Assembly (NCBI GenBank): GCA_964106915.2
Contig: OZ066917.1
Reading direction: 5' to 3' (one strand)
DNA length: 64,000 bases
DNA from: Podarcis gaigeae
Lineage: Eukaryota
The stretch's first letter is position 1. Each line of letters opens with the position of its first letter. This document shows, piece after piece, positions 42,241-54,200 of the stretch. The notes beneath the pieces were generated by a model. The model worked only from the letters and a program-made list of their open reading frames with translations, did no database searches and was not told where the DNA came from. Position numbers and translations under genes: made by a program.

Positions 42241-45200
42241 TTACATATATATATGATGCTCTCCCAGCCGCCCACCTTTTATTCCCCCCTTTCTTTTCTT
42301 GCTAACATGGCTCCCAAAATGGCTTAGAATCACAAGATGGCTGTATGTGTGTTGTGGGGAGAGAAGGAAGAAGGGTGATTTTTGTAGCTTGCTGTTTTGG
42401 CTTTTCCTACTCTGTGGTTCTTTGTAGCTGTCATAAGTGAAATGTCAGACTATGCACAGCATTGTGAGCCTAGAGCTTGCTGATCAGAAGGTAGGCAGTT
42501 TGAATCCCTGCGACGGGGTGAGCTCCTGCTGCTCGGTCCCAGCTCCTGCCAACCTAGCAGTTCGAAAGCACATCAAGTGCAAGTAGATAAATAGGCACCG
42601 CTCCAGCAGGAAGGTAAACAGGTTCGCCAGAAGCTTAGTCATGCTGGCCACATGACCCGGAAGCTGTCTGTGGACAAACGCTGGCTCCCTCAGCCTATAG
42701 AGCGAGATGAGTGCCGCAACCCCAGAGTCGTCCACGACTGGACCTAATGGTCAGGGGTACCTTTACCTTTATTCTTATATATACGTGTACAAGGACTGCT
42801 CCCATCCAAACTGGACTACAATCTTATGCATGGTTAGCTGGAAATACTCAACTGAATAAGATGCACATGCTCCACCAAATAAGGTAGAACTTACTTCCTA
42901 GCAAGCATGAGTAGAATTTGAGTGGCACCCTGGATTTAATGTCTAGTTCCGGGAGAAGGGAGTTGAATCATTGAATTGTAAAGTTGAAAGAAATGCTGAG
43001 GCTCAACAAGTCCAATGGGTGCAATGCAGGAATCTCATCTAAAGCTTCCATGACAGATGGCCATCCAACCTCTGCTTAAAAACATCCAAGGAAAGCGGGT
43101 CCACCATCTTCCAAGAGAGTCTGTTCCACTTTTGAACAGCTCTAACCACCAGAAAGTTCTTCCTGATGCTTAGTTGGAATCACCTTTCTTTAGTTGGAAT
43201 CCTCTTCCTCTCAGGAACTGGCAGTGATGCTTTGGGTTCAGCAGGCAGATGAGCAGTGTTGCACTATGTGTGCCGCTCCACCAACTGCTATTGCTCATAG
43301 GGGGGAGGCTATTTTATTTGCATAAATTCAATTTATAGCAAGCAAGAGAGGAACTGCTATCAGTAGTTTTTACAAACAAGAAAATATAACCAGCTGCTAT
43401 TAACTTTGTTGTCAGTTAAATTCTTGTTTATATTCCCATTAAATTTAAATTTAATTATTAAAAATAGACAAAGCTATTTACATAATTGTTTAATAGCAGA
43501 TGGTTTTGTTTTCTTTCATCATACCATACAGAGTGATTCTCTGAAGTCTACATGAAGACAAAAACACAGGAAAAAGTCACAATTGCTCTCAGTAAGGGAG
43601 CACTTGCACACATCTTGCTATAGATTTCACATCACCCCAAAGAGGAGTTCTGGTTTTGTCAAATCCTAAATCTTGAATGCATTGCATTGTAATTAGGGTT
43701 CCCCACTACAAACCAAGCTTTGATGCAGATTGGGATCAATCTTCTCCTTGTCCACCCACCTGTGTTTGCTTGAGTGAAATCATGCTTTGCTACCCACGAG
43801 TTGCATGTGTCCCATCTTCAACATCACCAGACACCTACACATACTTTAATAAGGTGCATAATGGGCTGGCATCACATGGTTGTTTTCCACATTGTAAGTT
43901 GTATATCAGTTCAGGCCACATGTGTTTAAATGTATCCTTTTATGTGTATACATTCAAATGTTACGTTTGTGTGTGGCTGCCAAGTGGATCAGACATGTAA
44001 AGTGGAGCTGCACATATTTGTTCCCACCACCACCGTGCATAAACAGAACAACAGGAAAAGCAATGTCCACACTGTTTCTTTGGTACATGGTTCATGTTTC
44101 CAGTTTGGTAATAAAGGCACAGATAGCAATATAAATATATATATTAGCAGTCTTATCATGGGTTGCATCCTCGTTCATACCATATTTATGTGAATCTATA
44201 GGGACGCAGGTGGCGCTGTGGGTTAAAGCCTCAGCGCCTAGGACTTGCCGATCGAAAGGTCGGCGGTTCGAATCCCTGCGGCGGGGTGCGCTCCTGCTGC
44301 TCGGTCCCAGCGCCTGCCAACCTAGCAGTTCGAAAGCACCTCCGGGTGCAAGTAGATAAATAGGGACCGCTTACCAGCGGGAAGGTAAACGGCGTTTCCG
44401 TGTGCGACTCTGGCTCGCCAGATGCAGCTTTGTCACGCTGGCCACGTGACCCGGAAGTGTCTCCGGACAGCGCTGGCCCCTGGCCTCTTAAGTGAGATGG
44501 GCGCACAACCCCAGAGTCTGTCAAGACTGGCCCGTACGGGCAGGGGTACCTTTACCTTTTTATTGCGCACCTCAATTTTTGAAACCTTGAAACCAAAAAA
44601 GGATTTGCTGGCGCCATCAAATCTAATGTGCTCCCTAATTTTCGTGAAGTGATTTGGCCAAAAAACGTGCACATTACATTCAAGTAAATATGGCATTTTA
44701 TAACTCTGAACTTTAAATCACTGAATTTCTGAAAATATTTATTGGCTTTCTTCAGAAAGTGTTTCTAGCTGTTGTTGTTGCTGGTTTTGAAATGGTATCG
44801 TAATACGGCAATCCTAAATTTATCTGCTCAGAAAAAAGTCCCACTGTATTCAATGAGATTTTCTCGCAAGTAAGTGTGTGCAGGATTGCCTTGTAAAAGA
44901 ACATTCCATATAAACCAGACTAGACTCCTTTTCACAGTGGAATGATCATTTTTAAAACTCATGATAAATATATGAGTTTAAGTATAATATCGTTGGCTTT
45001 AACTTCTTTCCTTGTTCATAGTGGCACAAAGGGTCAGAAAATATTTTGTCTGTTACAGGTTATTTACAACAAGAAAAGCTTTTAGCCACATGTCGGGCAT
45101 TTATACTAGAAAGCTCAGATTTAAAAGAATACGCAGAGCACTGTACTGGGGAAGGCTTTGTTCCAGCTTGTTTACTGGTGAGTACATATTTGTGAGAAAG

Positions 45201-48200
45201 GTGGCTGTACGTTTTGATCAGCCCCTGAGCTTTCTACTTTACAAGATAGTTCTGCATAATGAATATTTCAACTTAAGGTTGATTCAGGTAATAAATGTTA
45301 GGAGCTCAGCCTACACTCGAGAAGGACCCTGGTAGAAACACATGCCTGACTGGCATGTTCCCTCCCTCCTGGTCGATCATTCGGGAGCTTCAAAAGCTTT
45401 CTTCTGCCCGAACATCACAGCGACCGATGCCAACAGACACCAGCATGCTTAGGGATCTGCAGAGCCTGCACAGTTCACATGACAGACCCCAGCAACTCAG
45501 CATGTTGGCTAATCTACTTTATTTACATATAAACACACACGGAGCACTGCAACATGGCTCCCTCTCTCTCTAGCATCAGACAGCAAAGAGAAAGAACAAA
45601 GGACAACAGTCGCACTTCACAGAATACAGTAACACAAACATCCTGTCTCCGTCGCTTCCCACTCTGTGGAGTCAAAACATATACCGTCATGTGAAAGACA
45701 ACAGTCCCATAACTGCAAATCATTTATCTAACAATAAATACCCCTCCACTGCATGGTGAGCTTTGGAGTCCACATGAAAATTGCTTGCTTGAGTCCAAAT
45801 GGCATCCATAACCATTGTGCTTTGGATAGTCAAGACATTTCCAGTATGTTGTTGCTGGAAGTTGTGTAGTTGAATGCTGTTCTTTTCCTTTTTTTTCTTT
45901 AGTCTCTCTTTGGGAAGAACTTAATCACCATCCTGAATGAGTATATCACAATGAAATCGAAAGGTAAGAAGGGGTGTTGGGACTGGAAGATACAAGATAT
46001 AGATTTGGCTATTTTCTCCATTAGTGGGGGGTATATTGTGCAATATGTTTTCTTTAGATTTATAATCCACACTCTACTCGGTGACGTCAGGACAGAGTAC
46101 ATAAATTATTAAACACAATTATCTTTTTAAATAAAATAAATTCAAGGTGGCTTAAAATTAGTTTAGAATTTTTAAAAAAGTCACCAATGAAAACAAAAGA
46201 GCAGGAGCAATAGACAAAAAACTTAACACCAGCCAGCCACTCAACAGCAGAAAGAAGGGACCAAGAAACTGCAAAGGAAGAGGAAAAACAAAACTAGCCC
46301 AGTGGGGACTGAGCAGAGTCAGAGCTGAGTGGCTGTTGCTGGGGGAAGGAGGAATGGAATAGAATATACTTGAAGTTTGCATGGCTGGCTGGAACCCTTA
46401 GCAGAATTTTTCAACAGTGTGACATTTTCTTACATACCTCACTTGTACATCTAGACTCCAAAAATGATCCTCTTTATGCTAAAGCAGCAGCGCCATTTTT
46501 AAAGAAATTAGAATCATGATCTCTTTATTGTGTAGTCTTTCCAGTTGATTCATAGATTAACCAGTCCTTTTCACATTTGACACAAGTTTTGTCTGATGTG
46601 TTTATTTAAAGAAGCAACAAATGATGTTCCAGCAATGATGTCATCTTTATGGAAGAAGTTGGACTACACACTTTCTCAAATCAGGTAATTTGTATTGAAA
46701 GCAAATACTAGTCTGCATGTCACAGGGAACCTTTGTCATCTTATTATAGGGCTACAATTCTCCTATATGCTTACTACGGTTGCATTTTGGTGACGTCTTG
46801 ATGTTTTCGTACTGATTTTATCTCACTGATGCTTGTAAGTTATTAGACGCAGCATGCTGATGTTTTAAAGCTTTGTCTGATCAGAATGATAAAAGTGGTG
46901 CCAAGGAAAGCTTCAGCCGCCCTTTATGGGCTGGGAGTGGACCACAGTGAAAACTGCTGCAGTCAGGTCTGCTCCCAAAGCCCCACCCTGCAGGCCCAGC
47001 CAGATTGGCTGAATTCAAATAGGGGGTTTGGTGGGAACTCCTAAAGTGCTTTGTGCTCGGCCCAATGATTTGCAGCTACTGGTTGCACAATGGAATCACC
47101 CACCCCAAACTCTGTAAGCAGCCATTTCTGCAACCAACCAACCCCAAAGCACATATATAACACTTCCAAAATAAAACCAAGCTTATTTACTACAAAATGT
47201 TAATCAGGGTGATGGTGTTTTTGAAAATTGTTCATCTTACCATAGAAATATGTTACTGATAACAAAATTTTAATTATGTTTAATTTTGATCCCCACCCCC
47301 CGTTGCTTTAATCCCTAATCTAAATGTCCATGTAACTATTGTCTCACTGGTCCATATGAAGCCAAGTTTCCCTTACACTTGTATATTGAATTCTAATTTC
47401 ACTTGGCAATTTGATTGTTGCAGGAGCATGCAGAATTCTGGTGCATTTTGTGCTCATCAACGGGGTATGTATCTGAAAACATCTATTTTACATAATCTGA
47501 ATTCACCCCTCTAATACCTTTAAACTTTTCCCAGTCCAAGAGGAAATCAACTGAAAATCAGTCGAATTCATTTCAGTATGACTTGTACATCATAGTATAC
47601 TTAGAATTGCAATCTTATTGTAATAAGAAATTTTCTGAAATATTTATGGTAGAACTGTTAACATTTGACAGTGTAAATGTGATGGATTTGGCCCATAGAG
47701 GCAGAGCTTAATATTTTCGTGTTGCATTAAAGCTGGAAATGCTTTATCTTGTATCTCTGAAGTAAGCATTGAGAGTTTTGTTTTCTTCATCACCCACCCA
47801 ACAGACTGGCAAGTTCAGCTTGTCACTGTACTAGTTCAGAGTGATTGGAAGTAGGGAAACAACAGTTGTCCTGATCTGGAAGTGATCCAGGAAAATACCA
47901 TGTGTTATTTCTGCCGTTTAAATCAGCTCTTGGACTCCATAATCCTGGAATGTGGACAAACTCTTTTCCCTTGTAGCATGTGTCAACACTCCTGAATCTT
48001 GTGTGTGATTCCATAGTAGTGCCAGCAAGCAGCTGGCTGCCTCTTTCAGTAGTTGACACCAAATATATTTAGCAACAAAACTACCTGCATTCCTGATTTG
48101 GTTCAAAATTACTTCAGGGGTGAAGGAACATTTGGTTTTACTGCAGTGCCACAATTCAGCTCTCAAAGTAGTAAAGGCACAGCTTAAGAAACTAACAGTC

Positions 48201-51200
48201 TGTTGAGATGGGCTCCTATCTCCTTTTATTTTATGTCTTTTTCTAGGCCGCACAAGAAGTGCAATTGCAGATATGAAAAAGCAAAGATGTATTCCACAAT
48301 CACTTCCCTCAAATTCAGGGTCCTCTGTAGCTCACCAGCCAGGACAACTGACCTCTGCTCCGATGGCAGCCACACAAGTTATTCTTAAACCAACTGTAAT
48401 CCCAGTTATGGCCCAGACAAGATCAGGTTCTTCATCGGCACCCCAGTTCCAAGTACAAGAAAACAATATTAACAGTAAGTTTGAATACTCAATTCTGTGG
48501 TCCTTGGGAGGGTGTCCCAGGGGTTGCACAGTTTAGCATAGTGTTGGGGAACCTCACGCTTGACCTCCAGGCCTCCCTATCTGGCCTATGGGACTCTCCC
48601 CAATCCACACACCATCCTGATCCACAACCCAGCTTCACAGCCTCTTTAGGTGTTTATTCCTGTCTGGAATAGGTCCTTGAACTCTGCTAATGTCTTTAGT
48701 TTATCTAGATGAAAGATAGAGAGGGATGTGTGAGTGTGAAGAAACTAGCTTACTGTACAAAGGAATAAAATTCACATGTGTTGCTCCACTTACTTTTGCC
48801 TCTGGCCCTGCCCACTACTGAAATGTGGCCACCTGAATGTTGCCCAGAAGGGAACATGGCCTTGGGTTGAAAATGGCTCCCCACCTCTTGTTTAGCAGAT
48901 CTCCCTCCCCACTTTCAGATACCTTTCAGGTGAAGCAGGAGGTTCTGCCTAAAAAGGAGTTCTCCTATCAGTTGCAGAAACCTCTGCAACTATTCCTGTC
49001 CCAACAATGAAGAAGACAAAAAAGATGTCTTCTGGGGATGAATCGGAGGATACGCATTATCCCTATAAGCTAGCATACTTCTTTTCTTTTTCGTTGAGAC
49101 CAGTGGAAAAGAAAACCATTTAAAAACAATACCGCCACCCCACCCCACTTTCTACTCTAGCAGTGTGAAGCTGGCAGGGCTTTGATTTTTTCCCCCTGCT
49201 CCTCCAACCTGGGTTGTTCCTCCTTTGCCCCCCAGTTGTTATTGGTCCTTTGTTTTTCCATTTGTGTATGTTTGTGAGAGAGTGGTTAGAATGGATATGC
49301 TGAAAGAGCCAGGTGAACTGAAAGCAATGAAACTGGCTTTCTGGCACTAAACATGGGAAATGTGTTAGAATCTATAGTTTCCCCTGAAAACACATCAAAA
49401 CATCCTCATGACCTGGTTATTTGAGAGATCATCTTATTGATTTTACACCCAGTAGGTCACTATGTTCTTCTACATGAGAGTTTCTCCTTGACATTCCTAA
49501 AATAACTGAATCCCACTCCACAGTAACCCCTAGCAGGGTTTTCAGTGCAGCTGCTCCTTTGTTGTGTGGAATACCATTACTGCTGAGATAAGACAGGCAC
49601 CCACTGCTTGTACCTGCTGATCAGTTAAATATATTTTTGTTTCAACAAGCTTTTCCACTCAGATGAAAAGGTCTGTCTTAGGTGTTCATTATCAGTAGTT
49701 TTAAAACCCATCTTTACTTGTTTTTTGTACTGCTTAAAAAACCTTTTCAGGTATTGTTTCTGTAAATTGCCTTGAAACACATGTGGAGGATGATAAAGAA
49801 ATAAAATGGGGAAAATATTTTGTTTAAAAAGAGAGAAGAGGGAAATGTCTACCGTATTTCAATTGCCTGTTGTCATTTGTCATTGCCTTTCCTATTGGCA
49901 ACAGAAAATGTTTGGTAGCCTAAAAAATCTTAATCAGAAGCAACATTTGTCTCACTCATTTTTTCTTTTTAAAGCAGGAGACACTGCAAACTTGGTTTCT
50001 GCACCCCAAGAACGGAAGCTTCACTCGAGCATGGTGTCTCCCGGAAAAAGAAAAGGGTAACTGCTAATTTTTGGCTAATGTGTTTTATAATTTATGAATC
50101 TTGTTTATATTTTGAAGGGCACCTAATCCTCTATTTACAACAGTGTATTCACCCTGCTCCTTTTTACTATTCCCTTTTGTATAAATTCATTTGAAGTCAC
50201 TTCCCTCATTTCTGCCCTCAACCACAGGGCTGCATAGTTGTGCTCACTTACCTTGGAGTAAGCCCCATTGAACTCAATGGGAATTACTTCTGCATAGACA
50301 TGTATAGGATTGCATAGTTAACCTTGTGTCTACAGATTATAAACCATTAGGTTATGCGGCAAGTACTCTTAACAGGTGTTGATCTCGTTTAAGGCCACTA
50401 GGTTCCTCTGAGCAAAGAGCCGGAGGAATGAATAGATAAGATTTACAACATGAGTTGCAGTAAATTTCCTCAATTTATGCCTTTCTCATTTCTTTAAACT
50501 TCTGAAATACTTCAGTGACTTCCAGAAGAAAAAAAGCATTGTATCATCAGGATCACAATTATCCAATTGTGATTTACGGGACACCGCAATGGTGGAAGAA
50601 GAAAGCTCACCCATGGAAGAAGGAAGTGAACAGCTAGAACTTATAGAGGGTGACCTTCCAGTAAGCCTTTTAAAAAAAAATGCAGAACAGCATTTACTTT
50701 CTTTTTTCTATTCGCCTTTTGTTTCTCCTTCCCCACACCCTTGCAGTTTGTTATTGCAATTCCAGCTTCATTTATTGCTATGAAAAATTCAGGTAATAAG
50801 GCATTTTTAAAGACTTTCCAGAGTGTGTCCCTTTTTGGTATAGCTTATAGTGGTGTTTCTGGGCCAACTTTTAAATTTAATCCAGAAAGGTTTAGATGTA
50901 TGACATGTAGTCGCTATGTCTGTGCACACATATGAATGTATAAGGGCCAGCCCAAGAGATTTTGGCACCTGAGGCTGACACCAAAATGGTACCTCCCTCC
51001 TCACCAGAGAAGAAGAGGTCAGGGAAGAATTATATCAGGAACAAGGGGTGGAAGAAAGATTGACATTGGGATCTGCTGTTCCAGTGGACCCTGCTGCCTG
51101 AGGCGGTCACCTTACCTTGCCTCATGGGTAGGCTGGCCCTGAATACGTATAGTAAATGTGCATAAAGTATATAACAGTATATAAAGTATAAATAGGACTT

Positions 51201-54200
51201 AAATCTTGCTTCTCTTAAGATTGGTTTGGAGACGTGAGAGCAATTTAGAATTGGTGTACTAAAAGAATCACAAAGACCCTGAGGATTATCTAGTCCAACC
51301 CCCTGCAATGCAGGAATTTTAACTAAACATTCAATGAAGGAGGCACCTCTGGATAAGGGGGTGGGGTGTTACTTAATAGTGCTGGTAGAATCAGTTTTTC
51401 TTATCTTTTTTAGTAATTTTGGACTGCTTCAAATTTGTTTTCTAGCAAATGATTATTGAAAATGCCAGAGAGAAAATTCTGAGCAACAAATGTCTTCAGG
51501 AGAAGCTAGCTGAAAACATCAACAAATTCTTGGGCAGGTAAAATAACTTTCTTGACACCTCCTGTTCCAAATCTGTAAATTATTTTGGAAGTCTGCTAAT
51601 TATTTGTAACTATCTGTTCCAGTGATGGCAATATTTCTCAGACAGCAAAACAGGCAGACAGTGGCCCAACAATACAAGAGTCCTCAATTGATGAATTCCT
51701 TGGTCTTCAGGTAAGATTCCAAGAACTAATGCACACTCATATATAAAATGTATTTGATGCCTGGCATGCATTTGTAAGTGAAAAAGCACACCAAATAGTT
51801 AAAGAATCAGCCCACATTTCTTACTTTAAAGCAGACTGCATTACTTGTCACTCACTTAGCCAAGCTGCAGACCACCAGCTGTGTATGACAGCCATCAGTG
51901 CTTGATAAACCACCTTCTTTTGCTTTCTTCATGGGACTGCAAACCCAGGGGTGTTAGCAAGGCCAAAGCAGGCCACAGTATGTTGCTGATGCTCCACATT
52001 TCACCTTGGTGGCTTGCAAGTTGTGCAGACCTTACAAGTAACTGAGGCACAGTTAACTGGGAATATTATTACCCTGAACCTTATTGAAATTAATGAGAGC
52101 TGTACGATAGCACAGTTACTATCCTTTGTGACTATCAATCAGTAGGACTTCTCCTAAAGAAGTTCTTGGTTGTGCTTAAAATCATGGTTTTGGTTGCTAT
52201 GTCTACACCAGGCATCCCCAACCTTTGGCCCTCCAGATGTTGTGGACTACAATTCCCATCATCCCTGACCATTGGTCCTGTTGGCTAGGGATCATGGGAG
52301 TTGTAGGCCCAAACATCTGGAGGGCCGCAGGTTGGGGATGCCTGGTCTACATGATCTGTTAAGTGAATTTTATTTACAAACTGAGTGGTACCCAACTACA
52401 TTCTACTCAAGAGTAGACTGTTTGAAATTAATGCCTATAAATTAGTAATACACATTAATTTCAGCTGTCCTACTCAGTATGACTAATGTCGGATACAGAA
52501 ACTGAGGTTGATGTAGTTTTGTAATGAAAATTATTTCAAATATTTTTATACGTTTCCAACTACTGAGCCACTGTATTTTGTACTGACTGAAGTTTCAGAA
52601 CCACCTTAAAGGGAAGTAACACAAAGGACAGTTAAGCAGTCTAGCATACGAATCTTGTGCACTAATAGCAAGCTTGATTGTCTGAATATGGATATGTTTG
52701 TAGCCAAAACACTACCATCTGCACACATATGGGGCAATATCTTTGGGCTTAGAGAAACTCCATGGTTTCCAAAAATTGAAAAACTTGGGGAAGAAGAACC
52801 CAAACAGCCCAGTGAGGACTGAGCATTCTTTGAGTGCACTGAGAGCTTGCTGGCTATCAGTTGAGGCAGAGTGAATGGGAAAACTATATTTAAGAGTGGG
52901 GCAGATGGGAATGGAGTACCCAGGGAAAGAGTATGGCTGGCTGGGTAGAACCCTGAATTGGGAGTATTCTGCACTACTGATTTGTTGCTGATCCCAATTT
53001 ATGTGTATATATTTCCCTTGACACCTTTTGGAACTATAGTAGAAACAAGTGCAGTCAAGATGGTTGGTGTCACTTCAGCTTCTACCATTGAGGTCAGGTT
53101 TATTTTATAAATTCCTTCTGATTTTTCAAGGAGGTTTTCTTCCTATGTTACCTTTCAACATACATTTTACATCTAGAGAGAACAGTTTACATCTTCTAAC
53201 TTATTTGTGGATTATTTTTATATCACCTACATAGCAGGGTGAGATTCACATGACCGAAGAAGCCATCCAGGAGATTCTGGAGCAAACAGAGTCAGATCCA
53301 GCATTTCAAGGACTCTTCGATATATTTGATTTTGGTGCGGGTTAGTTATCACTTTGAATACTTTGCAATGAAAGGCTAAGGGGTGGTCTGGTTTAATTTC
53401 AGTGGGTCTATTCTGAGTAGAGCGAGCATTGGCTACAGTCCTATGTTCTGGCCAATTTCATATGTTGAGAAGTCAGTTATCACCCCTTATGAGTTTTGTA
53501 GGAACTTGGCATATTATGCCTCATATTGTTGTAAAGTATTTATGGGTATAGCACTTCAGCATTTATGTAGCTGTCTGTAACTGATGCACACCAAGTGCCA
53601 CACATGCTCACAGAGGACTCCCTAAATGTGTGGTCTACAGTTTATATCTAGTTTGTTAAATGTCAAGTAGTACAAATATTTGGAATCAATATTTATAACT
53701 TTTGCTCTTCCACGATTGCCCAAAATACTTTTATGGATGATTGATTTAGTGGAAACAGAAAAACATACCTGATTAAGGAATATATGTTAGGTATAATTTG
53801 TGCATTGAATCAAATATTAGTACCCTTTCAGTTTATTTTTTCCATTTCTTTTAAAACAGGTAAAGCTAAGGGTGGAAGAAATGCTTCTCACAGTATTTCC
53901 ACTCAGAATGGAGGACTAGAGAATGCAATCTTAGTGGACGAAGAAAGCCTAGGAGCACTTGAAAGTTTTATTGCAACAAAGGAAATCAGTAAGCACTTCT
54001 TCAAAGCTTTCCAGTTATCTTCAATACTTGTAGAATGTCCTTTTGTTCCAGGGCCTAGAATATTAATTGTTAACCCTGCACAAATGATAAAACACTATTA
54101 AAGACTGGGAAATTTGAGATGTGCAATTGTGGACATGTTAAAATTACTGTTACTGCAGTCCTGTGTACACAAAGTAGGAAGTGAATCCTATTGAAATGGA

